DNA of 64,000 nucleotides from Candidatus Babeliales bacterium (GTDB lineage Bacteria; Babelota; Babeliae; Babelales; Vermiphilaceae): NCBI GenBank assembly GCA_963743635.1, contig CAVUQO010000002.1, positions 192,001 to 256,000 of the forward strand, read 5' to 3'. Shown piece by piece: positions 9,940 to 18,805 of this stretch (position 1 is its first letter; each line of letters starts with the position of its first letter). The notes under the pieces were generated by a model. It saw only the letters and a program-made list of their open reading frames with translations, ran no database searches and was not told where the DNA came from. The position numbers and the translations under genes were made by a program.

Positions 9940-11636
9940 AATGGTGCTCCATTGTTAGTGAAGTAGGCGCGCTTGACGCGTTTCTTTGCGCAGAGAGCGA
10001 GTGCTGCCAATCCACTGATTGCTATTGGTACCGCTATTATAGTTCCGATGGTCGTAAGCGAAACTCCTGTTATAAGAGGCGCTGATGCTGCGGCTATGTT
10101 AACCAGTGCAGTAGGTGCCGATGCGGATGTTGCCGTACTAGCGACCATCCCGGCAGTTGCGGCAGGTCCCACAGGTGCAGTTGCCATTAGGTGGCTCATG
10201 TAGCCTAAGTAGGCTACGATAAAGACTACACCACCCCCCATTGTTTCTAGGGCTTCTTTTCGGTCTTCTGCTGTTAATCGATCACGTGCAATCTTTTTTG
10301 CCTCTTCATGTTTTAAGGTTGGTGTTTCTCTCATGACCTGTACGAATTTGTCTACTATCCTCCAGCCTTCTCGTGCAATCTTTAGTGCTTCCTCATGACT
10401 TAAGGTTGGCACAGACTGCATTAAACCTATGAATGGTCGTACGTCCCAGCCTTCTCGCGCAATATTTTCCGCCTCTTCAAGACTCATATTTGGAACTTGT
10501 TGAACGAGGTTTATGATTGAATAAGGGCATCCTGTGCGTGCAAGCCTTATTGCTTCATTATGTTCTACGTTAATTGATTGAAGGGTATATATGAATTGTG
10601 TAGCTATTCCCATTCGTGCAATCTTTATTGCTTCCTCATGACTTAAGGTTGGCACTTCTTTGATGAGATTTATAACTTCACGCGTTGTCTGCTGTTCATG
10701 GTAGGCCATTTTTTTTGCTTCGCTATAGCTTAAGGATGGAGCTAGAAGAAGTAGTTCTCTGAGTATTTCTGATCTAGTCTGATTATCCTGATCTTCTATT
10801 ATCATTTTTGCTTCGTCGTAAGTTAAGCGTGGAATTTCTTGGCGCAAAGAAGCGATGTTACGCTCTTTTTCTGCTGCAATTTGCTGCTCGACCATTTTTT
10901 TTGCTTCGTCATATGCCAAGTTCGGATCATTTTTAAGAAGTGCGAAAACTTGAGAATATAGATTTATGTGTTTATAAGATCTTCGGTCTTTTATCATGCA
11001 GATCGCTTCGTGATAACGTAAGTGCGGCACGTGCCGCATCAAATCTATAAATGTATGAGCTATCCCTTCGCGTACAATGGCTCTTGCTTCGGTATAACGT
11101 AATGTTGGAATTGCCAGAAGCAGTTTTTTAATCTGATCAGATCCCCCATTAATCTGTTCTTGTATCATCATTTTTGCTTCGTCATAGCTCAATCGTGGAA
11201 TTTCTTTGAGAAGATCATATATTTGAGCTTCCATTGCAGCTTCCTGAGCAGTAAAAGATTTTTTGCATGAGGTGCATTTAAGCGTGCTCGGGCAGAAAGG
11301 GCAGGGTTCATTACATCCATCGCATCCGCACCATTTGCATGAATCATGCACTAAGGTACATCGGTGAGATGTTGTTGTTGAATCAGTAGTGATTTCATTT
11401 TTCGCAGCATCTTGAGTTATTGTTCCAGTTTCTTGTGGTTGCTGCGTTTGAGCAGTGTGGTGCGCGCAGTCGCAGCCATGATGATCATCCGATTCAGCAG
11501 TGTGCACTGCAGGCTTTTTTGCCGGCTGATGATTTTGGCGTTGAACGTGCTGTTGCTGCATTTGCATTGCAACAGCAACATTTGAGCGTAGTGGTAGTAT
11601 CAGGAGCGAGATAAGTATTAGTCTTTTGGTCATCAT
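9936..11636 (-). CDS. Secreted protein: His/Cys core, 11 helical P-x-L-x-[YH]-x-EA repeats, hydrophobic C-terminus (array member 1)
   Basis: 566-aa ORF with GGAAGGA RBS; repeats visible in the translation. Confidence 0.85.
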   Translation of the reverse strand: MMTKRLILISLLILPLRSNVAVAMQMQQQHVQRQNHQPAKKPAVHTAESDDHHGCDCAHHTAQTQQPQETGTITQDAAKNEITTDSTTTSHRCTLVHDSCKWCGCDGCNEPCPFCPSTLKCTSCKKSFTAQEAAMEAQIYDLLKEIPRLSYDEAKMMIQEQINGGSDQIKKLLLAIPTLRYTEARAIVREGIAHTFIDLMRHVPHLRYHEAICMIKDRRSYKHINLYSQVFALLKNDPNLAYDEAKKMVEQQIAAEKERNIASLRQEIPRLTYDEAKMIIEDQDNQTRSEILRELLLLAPSLSYSEAKKMAYHEQQTTREVINLIKEVPTLSHEEAIKIARMGIATQFIYTLQSINVEHNEAIRLARTGCPYSIINLVQQVPNMSLEEAENIAREGWDVRPFIGLMQSVPTLSHEEALKIAREGWRIVDKFVQVMRETPTLKHEEAKKIARDRLTAEDRKEALETMGGGVVFIVAYLGYMSHLMATAPVGPAATAGMVASTATSASAPTALVNIAAASAPLITGVSLTTIGTIIAVPIAISGLAALALCAKKRVKRAYFTNNGAPL

Positions 11637-11667
11637 AATTATTTCCTTCCTGATACTACTGCCAGGT

Positions 11668-14124
11668 TTATCGATTTAAGTATGTATTAGCGCGAGTTTC
11701 GTTGTCCGCTTTTATCTCTCTGAGCGCTTGATCGAATGCAGCTTGCGTAATGCTATCCGCGCGACTGCGCATAGCGATACTCGCCGCTTTATTGACCAAT
11801 TCTTTGATATCAGCAGCATTACAACCATCGAGTTGTTGTGCTAGACGATCAAAAGATACACCAGTGACTGGACGATTTTTACTATAGAACTCTAAAAGAG
11901 CCTTACGTTTTGCAAGATTTGGTAAACCAATTTCAATGATGGTATCGAATCTTCCTGCACGTAATAATGCAGAGTCGATTGAGTTTGGACTATTGGTTGC
12001 ACCGATTACAATCACGGATTCATCTTTAAGGAAACCATCCATTTGCGTCAGAAGTTCAGTGATAATTCCTTCTTCTGATTGTGTCATATGATTGCCAGAA
12101 CGGGAGCCGATCGCATCAAGTTCATCGATAAAGATGATTGTTTTGCGGCCATTGGCTTTTTCCCGTGCCTCAGCAAAGAGAGTACGCACGTTTTCTGCGC
12201 CCTCACCGACCCATTTAGATGCAAAGTTAGAAGCTTTGGTTTCTATAAATTCGCAGCCGAGTTCTTCAGCGATTGCTTTTGCAAGCATCGTTTTACCCGT
12301 TCCTGGAGGACCTGTGAATAAGATACCCTTTGGATAAGGCACACCAAACTTCTTATAATCAAGGGTACCACTCATCATATCTGCAAGCTGTTGAATGTGA
12401 GGCGGAACGCCACCAACGATTTGGTTAAATCCTTTTGTACTCGCTTTGCCATTGAAGATTACATCAAGAGCATCCATTTGCTGTTGAGCACTTGCTTCAC
12501 CTTTGAGTAATTTCTCATTCAAGCCTTGCCTGATTGCTTCAATCATATGATTGAGTTCTATCTGACGAGCTTTATCTTTCGCAGCCAACGTACCTGCTTT
12601 TTCTAGAAGTTCTTGAAGATCGGCAGGGCTGTAATTATTCGTAGCTTCAGCAATCTTTTGCAGATTGATAGTCTGAGTATTATATGGCTTTTTCTTGCTG
12701 TAATGTTTTAAAAGAAGTTCGCGCGTTGCAAGATCAGGTAAGCCAATTTTAATAACCTTATCAAAGCGGCGCGGTCTGAGTAATGCCGGATCAAGATTTT
12801 TAGGGTTATTCGTTGCTGCTATAACAATGACGGAATCATCTTCTTCAAATCCATCCATCTCTGTCAGCAAGGTGGTAATTGTTGAATCAAGAGTATTGCC
12901 GTTACGTTTACCAATTGCATCGATTTCATCGATGAAAAGAATTGTTTTGCCTGATTGGCTGTTTGCAGCTTTTTCGCGCGCTTCTTTAAAGAGCGTTCTG
13001 ATTCTATCACCGCCTGCTCCTACGAAGGATTGTACAAACTCGGCGCCGGATACAGACATGAATTCACACTGAGCTTCTTCAGCAACGGCGCGTGCAAGCG
13101 TCGTCTTACCGGTTCCTGGAGGACCCGTAAATAAGAAACCTTTGGGTACTTTCAGATTAAATGGATTAGAGCGACCACTGTTTTTTAGCGTTTCCACCAA
13201 CTCTTTAACGTCGTGCGGAATAGTACCAATGACTCGTTTAAAACCTTTATCTTCTTGTTTGTTATTTTTTAAGGTGTTTATCGCAACCTTTAAGCGAACC
13301 AATAAGCTCTTATCAGTGCGGCACTTAGAAGTAAGAATATCAAGGAATGCCTGATTCAATTGGCTTTGCGTGATCGTGGATGTTTTTTCAACTTCTGCAA
13401 GAATGTTAGCCTTGTTTACCAGCGTTTTTAAATCGCCTGGAGTAAAGTTATAGGCTAATTTCGCAACTACGTTCACGTCAACGGTGCGATCAAAAGGACG
13501 GCCTTGATTGAGGCTTTTGATCATTGATACACGGGTTTTTTCATCAGGTAGTGGAAGTTCCACGATCTGACTGAATCTTCCCGGGCGTAATACTGATTTA
13601 TGGAATTTATCGGTTTGACTCGCAGCTATAACAATAACTGAAAGATCCTCTTTATAGCCATCCATTTCATTCATAAGCGTAACGACTTTTTCACGAATTT
13701 CGCTTTTGCCGCTATTATCATCAAAATTGTCTAATGCGAATGCGTCAAATTCATCTAAAAAGAGAATGGTCATGCCATTGGGAGATTGTTTTGCCTTTTT
13801 GCGTGCTTCTTCATACACCGCTTTTACTGCTTTAGCATCTTCGAGATCAGTCACGTTTACATAGGTGAACTGACTGTTATCAAGTTCTTCTGAAAATGCC
13901 TTTGCAAAACGAGTTTTACCCATTCCTGATTGACCAACAATAATGGTCCCTTTGGGAAAATTTAACTTATAGGTTGGTTTGGGATTTTTAAAGTACGCAT
14001 TTAAACTGGTCAGCTCAACGGGGACGCTGAGACCTAGATCAGAAAATCCTTTTGGATGGGTTGTACTGCTGATAAAAAGGATGAGCGTGGCTACTCGAGC
14101 CACATGTTTCACATGGTTTCTCAT
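11668..14124 (-). CDS. AAA+ ATPase with three tandem CDC48/FtsH-clade AAA domains and a putative signal peptide
   Basis: Walker A GQSGMGKT, GPPGTGKT, GPPGTGKT; Walker B FLDEFD, FIDEID, FIDELD; SRH RPGRF, RPRRFD, RAGRFD; start placed at ATG 14124 by a GGAG RBS. Confidence 0.9.
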   Translation of the reverse strand: MRNHVKHVARVATLILFISSTTHPKGFSDLGLSVPVELTSLNAYFKNPKPTYKLNFPKGTIIVGQSGMGKTRFAKAFSEELDNSQFTYVNVTDLEDAKAVKAVYEEARKKAKQSPNGMTILFLDEFDAFALDNFDDNSGKSEIREKVVTLMNEMDGYKEDLSVIVIAASQTDKFHKSVLRPGRFSQIVELPLPDEKTRVSMIKSLNQGRPFDRTVDVNVVAKLAYNFTPGDLKTLVNKANILAEVEKTSTITQSQLNQAFLDILTSKCRTDKSLLVRLKVAINTLKNNKQEDKGFKRVIGTIPHDVKELVETLKNSGRSNPFNLKVPKGFLFTGPPGTGKTTLARAVAEEAQCEFMSVSGAEFVQSFVGAGGDRIRTLFKEAREKAANSQSGKTILFIDEIDAIGKRNGNTLDSTITTLLTEMDGFEEDDSVIVIAATNNPKNLDPALLRPRRFDKVIKIGLPDLATRELLLKHYSKKKPYNTQTINLQKIAEATNNYSPADLQELLEKAGTLAAKDKARQIELNHMIEAIRQGLNEKLLKGEASAQQQMDALDVIFNGKASTKGFNQIVGGVPPHIQQLADMMSGTLDYKKFGVPYPKGILFTGPPGTGKTMLAKAIAEELGCEFIETKASNFASKWVGEGAENVRTLFAEAREKANGRKTIIFIDELDAIGSRSGNHMTQSEEGIITELLTQMDGFLKDESVIVIGATNSPNSIDSALLRAGRFDTIIEIGLPNLAKRKALLEFYSKNRPVTGVSFDRLAQQLDGCNAADIKELVNKAASIAMRSRADSITQAAFDQALREIKADNETRANTYLNR

Positions 14125-14854
14125 GCTAATAACTCCATTATTAAGAATGATTGAAAAACGCATTACTATAATGCTTTTCATTATTTTTAAGTATAAGCAT
14201 ATGAATTGAAACATCAAAAGCCCCTAGAATTCAGATTTTATATCAAATTGAATTCTTCGCAGGGAAGGGCGCATAATGCGGTTGCGGGGGGATTAAAAAA
14301 GATTTTAAAAGTTTTGTGAAAAAATGATTAAAAGGGGGGATTTTGCAAGCCCCGGCCACACTTTGGGCCTACATTCACAATAAGGGCCGCATGGGGATTA
14401 ACCTCTTTCAAGGCCCAAGATTCCCCCAACGGGTAAAGATGAGCTGGATACCAGTAAGCCCTGGGTATTAGCCCCCCCTTACAGGGTACGTCTAGGGCCT
14501 TGATACTAGGTATAGGCCTCTCTAATTACTCATAGTGAAGTCAAGATTCCATTTTGGTAATAAATTTGTCCTAGGGGGTATGGGCCGGAATCGCTCAATA
14601 GTGCGACCTAGACGCATTATAGGGGGGGCTTTTGTGGTTCTGACATGAACGTGTTAGACTTAATTTAAGTCGACAAAGAGCCCAAAAGCCATTGGCTAGT
14701 AAGGTTTCTACATTCCGGAATATAAAGAGAGTATCTAATGTATATGCGCACTACCCTATTAGGTAACGGGCATTTATATAGATAAATAAAAAAGGGGCCG
14801 TAGTTAATGAGAGCGATGTATGTATATCATTCCATTAATAGGAGGTTTATTATT

Positions 14855-15973
14855 ATGGAAACGAAATTAATATTAAAACGAATGGCGCTTGTTGCGTCAT
14901 TAACGTTGTCTGTTGGCTTGAATGCAATGCAACAACCAACTACTACAACTGAGACAACTACTACAACTACAGCTGCAACTGATGCAACCGCATCAGCAAA
15001 TGCACCTACAACAGCACCTAAATCATCGTGGATATCTACATTCAGTATGCCAAAGCCTGGGATGAAAGAAACAGGCGTTGGTATTGCAGCAGTAGTTTTA
15101 CCAGTTGCGGGTTATTATGCTCCAGCTTCAACAACTGTTCGCGGTTACAATATTCCTGTAAAGGATATCGTAACGGTTCATGCGGTGAATGGTGCTAAAT
15201 ATGCCGGTAACGGTATTATGGACGCTGCTAAATATGCCGGTAACGGTATTGCGGGCGCTGCTAAATATGCCGGTAACGGTATTGCGGGCGCTGCAAAATC
15301 TGGATATAACTATTTTGTTGCTGCTAAGCCAGCAGTTAAAGTAGTTAATGCTAATCCAACACCGAGACTTGCGGCATTCTTTGGTAAGAAACAACCAGAA
15401 GTTAAGCCTGGTATGTTGTCACTAGAATCTGCTAAGAATGGTGCATTGTGGTTAAGCGATAAAACGCTTGGCGCTATGTATCGAAATCCTCGTACATCAG
15501 GAGCAGTTACTGCCGCAGTTGTAGCACTTGGTGTAGCATATAAGTATGATGTTCATTCTTCTGTATATAACAAGTTGTTCAAATCTGCTTCAGCATCTAC
15601 TCCAGCAACAACTCCAGCTCCAGCTGCAGCAAATGGTGCAGCAGTTGCTCCAACAACTGTAGCTCAATTTGATGCGCTTATCAGAGCTTATGAAATCGCT
15701 ACTAATAAAGATTCTACGAATCTTGAAAATGCGAGAGATAATAAAGCGGTGATTAATGAGCAATCATTGGTAGTATCTACTGTTGATATTTCAGTACTAA
15801 ACGGTGACGTAAAGACTGCGGTTACTGCAGGTATCAACGCTATCCAAGCAGAATATGCAAAATTGAGAGCTGATTACCTAGCTGGTAAGAAGTCTAGTCG
15901 ATTAACGCATAAACGGCTTGTAGCGACAACTCATGCAGCGTTAACAACTGCTAGAGCAGCAATAGCTCAGTAA
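14855..15973 (+). CDS. Secreted Ala/Thr-rich protein with 11-mer repeats and hydrophobic segments
   Basis: AGGAGG RBS, signal peptide GLNA-MQ, strongly biased GCA/GCT/ACA/ACT codon use. Confidence 0.85.
   Translation: METKLILKRMALVASLTLSVGLNAMQQPTTTTETTTTTTAATDATASANAPTTAPKSSWISTFSMPKPGMKETGVGIAAVVLPVAGYYAPASTTVRGYNIPVKDIVTVHAVNGAKYAGNGIMDAAKYAGNGIAGAAKYAGNGIAGAAKSGYNYFVAAKPAVKVVNANPTPRLAAFFGKKQPEVKPGMLSLESAKNGALWLSDKTLGAMYRNPRTSGAVTAAVVALGVAYKYDVHSSVYNKLFKSASASTPATTPAPAAANGAAVAPTTVAQFDALIRAYEIATNKDSTNLENARDNKAVINEQSLVVSTVDISVLNGDVKTAVTAGINAIQAEYAKLRADYLAGKKSSRLTHKRLVATTHAALTTARAAIAQ
15194..15297. repeat. 33-bp in-frame tandem repeat, about 3 copies
   Basis: gctaaatatgccggtaacggtatt... repeated; encodes AKYAGNGI(AG/MD)A. 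Confidence 0.9.
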
Positions 15974-16012
15974 CGAGTTAATTATCGCACATACTGACTT
16001 TGTAAAAAAAAC

Positions 16013-16044
16013 AAGGGAGCCTGTAGGAAACTATAGGCTCCTTT
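16013..16044 (+). terminator. Intrinsic terminator
   Basis: GGAGCCTGTAG-GAAA-CTATAGGCTCC followed by TTT. Confidence 0.75.
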
Positions 16045-16146
16045 GAAAATCGCATAACAGTATGAAGATTGAAATAAAAATAATAAAAAGAAGACGTAGA
16101 TAATGAAAGCAAGTATTTATAATTCCACTAATAGGAGGTTTTTATT

Positions 16147-16827
16147 ATGGAAACGAATTTATTGAAACGTATGGCGCTTGTTGCGTCATTAACATTGTCT
16201 GTTGGCTTACAAGCTGAAGGCGTGATGACTTATTCTTTCTGGTTTCCAAAGAAAGCAGAAGTTCAAGCTCCAGTAGTTCCAGCAGCAGCAACTACAACTA
16301 CTACAACTGAAGAAGCAAGCGCATCAACAACTCCAGTAGCTCCAGTAGTTACAACTACTCCAGCTCAGGACTCATTTTCATGGTCAGCAGCAGCAGCAGT
16401 AGCTGGTGTTACAGCAGCAGCAGCAAAAGGCAGCCAATGGCTTTATAATTATGCAACAGCTCCTAAAGCAGTTGTAGAAGTTGTAAAACCTGCACCTGCT
16501 CCATTGATTATGTATCCAGCAGGGACTCAACCATTTCCAGGTTTTGATATCAGAAATGCGTTTGTTGATAAACTGGCAGCAAAAGCAGCTAGAGAAGCAG
16601 CAGCTATTTGGTACAACCGCCTTGGTAAGTTTGTGTATGACAGCGCGACTAAGCGTAATGCTTATGTAGCAGCAGGTGTCGTAGGTACTGCAGCACTAGC
16701 ATATGGTGCTTATAAGTTGTACAACGCTTATTACCCAGCAGCTTCTACTTCAGCACCAGCAGCAAGCAGTTCATCTTCAGCATCATCTTCTAGTTCAGCT
16801 CCAGCAGCAGCAACTCCAGCTAAGTAA
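16147..16827 (+). CDS. Secreted Ala-rich paralogue of 14855-15973
   Basis: Same METxLxKRMALVASLTLSVGL leader, same 5' UTR, similar TM-YKLY segment. Confidence 0.85.
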   Translation: METNLLKRMALVASLTLSVGLQAEGVMTYSFWFPKKAEVQAPVVPAAATTTTTTEEASASTTPVAPVVTTTPAQDSFSWSAAAAVAGVTAAAAKGSQWLYNYATAPKAVVEVVKPAPAPLIMYPAGTQPFPGFDIRNAFVDKLAAKAAREAAAIWYNRLGKFVYDSATKRNAYVAAGVVGTAALAYGAYKLYNAYYPAASTSAPAASSSSSASSSSSAPAAATPAK

Positions 16828-16868
16828 CTAGTTACTTACTGCATAAACATCTTGTTTTGTAAAAAACC

Positions 16869-16900
16869 AAACGAGCCCGTGGGAAACTACGGGCTCGTTT
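16869..16900 (+). terminator. Intrinsic terminator
   Basis: AAACGAGCCCGTGG-GAAA-CTACGGGCTCGTTT. Confidence 0.8.
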
Positions 16901-16922
16901 CATAGCACGACGAAAGGCTCAT

Positions 16923-17297
16923 ATGAAAAAACTATTCTTAGCATTTACATTATTGTGCGGATTTTATACTCACCTTAAAGCGTTTAGCTTGAGTGATGTG
17001 ACTTCCTTTGTGCAAGAATGCGTTGATTCATTGAGCGATACGATCGATACAATTTATCAAGCAGCATCGGGGCAGGAATCTACGCGCGTAATGATTGCGC
17101 GCATGCTCGGCATGCGTATACCGACTGTTACCGAATATTTGATCGAACGCGCGAAAACTAATCCATTGGAAGCAATTGGCGCATTAACAGTCATATATTT
17201 AGCATTATGGCTTTTGTATAAAGCATATCGCTTACTGTATCGCATCTTATATTGGTTAATCGTAAAAAGACCCGCACGTAAAAAAATAACACGTTGA
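16923..17297 (+). CDS. Hypothetical protein with signal peptide and C-terminal TM helix
   Basis: MKKLFLAF...LKA signal peptide; hydrophobic/aromatic C-terminus with a basic tail. Confidence 0.72.
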   Translation: MKKLFLAFTLLCGFYTHLKAFSLSDVTSFVQECVDSLSDTIDTIYQAASGQESTRVMIARMLGMRIPTVTEYLIERAKTNPLEAIGALTVIYLALWLLYKAYRLLYRILYWLIVKRPARKKITR

Positions 17298-17323
17298 ATG
17301 CCCATCGGAAACGGTGGGTGTTT

Positions 17324-17977
17324 TTATTTAATACATTTTTCCAATGCGCTGAGCGCCGCAACACGATCGGGATTTGCAAAAATAGCAGATGCGGCAGCAA
17401 TGTGATCAACGCCATGCTGCACGACGTTTGCAATAGTGTGTGTATTAATACCGCCATCGATTCCGATCAAGAAATTGAGTTTATGTTCTGCGCGAAATTG
17501 AACGAGCGCATCAATTTTAGCGACTACATCAGGCATAAATGATTGACCCGCAAAACCGGGCTCTACGGACATAACTAAAACTTGATAAATCTCACGATCG
17601 ATAAAATCAAAGAGTTGTGCCACGTCCGTTTTTGGTTTGATGGCGATACTCGGAAGCCAGTTTTTTTCTGACAGTTTTTTCATGATATCTTTTTTAATGA
17701 ATTTAGATTCAATGTGAAATGAGTAGATCGCATTGGTTGGAAGATGAAGTTGATCAATCATGGAAGTCGGATTATCAACCATCGCGTGAAGCCATAATTG
17801 CTTGTTTGTAATTCGTGCAATTGCATGAATCGTATCAAAGCCGAAGGTCATGTTTGGCACAAAATGATTGTCCATAATATCGATATGATAACCGGGTACG
17901 TGTGGATTGAGTGTGCTGATTTCTCGCTCAAGATTGAGTAAGTTTGCGCTCATGAGTGAGGGGTATATAGTTGCCAT
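17324..17977 (-). CDS. rpe: Ribulose-phosphate 3-epimerase
   Basis: IYPSLMSAN, HIDIMDNHFVPNMTFG, VMSVEPGFAGQSF, IDGGIN. Confidence 0.93.
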   Translation of the reverse strand: MATIYPSLMSANLLNLEREISTLNPHVPGYHIDIMDNHFVPNMTFGFDTIHAIARITNKQLWLHAMVDNPTSMIDQLHLPTNAIYSFHIESKFIKKDIMKKLSEKNWLPSIAIKPKTDVAQLFDFIDREIYQVLVMSVEPGFAGQSFMPDVVAKIDALVQFRAEHKLNFLIGIDGGINTHTIANVVQHGVDHIAAASAIFANPDRVAALSALEKCIK

Positions 17978-18083
17978 AGAGTATTCCTTTTTTATAGCGT
18001 GGTATCGCATTTTCATTCCATAACAACGATGTTATACTTGAGTAATAGATAAAGCCAATAATACAGTAAAACAAAGGAATATA

Positions 18084-18509
18084 ATGGCGGGGATACAGAT
18101 TCAAAAAGTAGGAATGATAATCTTAATGCAGCGCGATCTTGACGCAGCTGTTTCTTTTTATCTGCGATTAGGGTTATCGCTTAAATTTCGCATGAAAGAA
18201 AAATGGGCGGAATTTGATATTGATGGGGTAAAACTCGGTTTATGCCCAACTTCCCAGGATATGCAGGGGCGCCGCTCAGGAATCGTCCTTGACGTGAACG
18301 ATGTCCATGCCATTTACAATGAGCTCAAAGACGAAGTTACGTTCGTTGGTGAGCCCGTAGAAGCGCTCCATGGCATTATGGTAAGTATTCAAGATCCAGG
18401 TGGGAATATTCTCGACCTCTATCAGCCAACCCCTGAGAAGGTCAAGGATCTGGTTCAGAACGTAAAGAAGCAAGAAGGCTGCTGCCAGGGCGAGGGTGGC
18501 TGCAAGTAA
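18084..18509 (+). CDS. VOC/glyoxalase family protein
   Basis: DLDAAVSFY...LGL and IQDPGGNILDLYQ motifs. Confidence 0.8.
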   Translation: MAGIQIQKVGMIILMQRDLDAAVSFYLRLGLSLKFRMKEKWAEFDIDGVKLGLCPTSQDMQGRRSGIVLDVNDVHAIYNELKDEVTFVGEPVEALHGIMVSIQDPGGNILDLYQPTPEKVKDLVQNVKKQEGCCQGEGGCK

Positions 18510-18689
18510 ATACGACTGTTTTGGGCGTTTTTTGATACTCGTCTTGCGCGATGAGTGGCGAGACTGGACGGGGATGCCGAAAACACACTATTTTAGCCAT
18601 TTTTGGACAGTGCGCTGCAGGGTCCGATTGCAGTTAATCTTCAGTTCGTATTTAATAAATCTGAGTCAGTTGCTATAAGATAAAATTCG

Positions 18690-18747
18690 TTGAATTTTTT
18701 AGACTTTAATCTATACTTATACCTGTAAGACAAGAATGTTTTACAGG
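18690..18747 (+). promoter_or_regulatory. Putative sigma70 promoter of groES-groEL with a 5' hairpin
   Basis: TTGAAT-N16-TATACT followed by CCTGTAAGACA-AGAA-TGTTTTACAGG; no CIRCE seen. Confidence 0.45.
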
Positions 18748-18805
18748 CTGTTTTCAGCATATTTTTGATAGAAATACACTATATATTGTTCAATAAGGAG
18801 GAACT

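Noticed and set aside
11668..14217. Calling the AAA protein FtsH, or using the 14217 start
   Set aside because: No TM pair or M41 protease domain; the RBS supports ATG 14124
14221..14800. Replication origin at the strand switch
   Set aside because: No DnaA-box cluster and no dnaA-type neighbours seen
18510..18805. CIRCE operator upstream of groES
   Set aside because: TTAGCACTC-N9-GAGTGCTAA was not found
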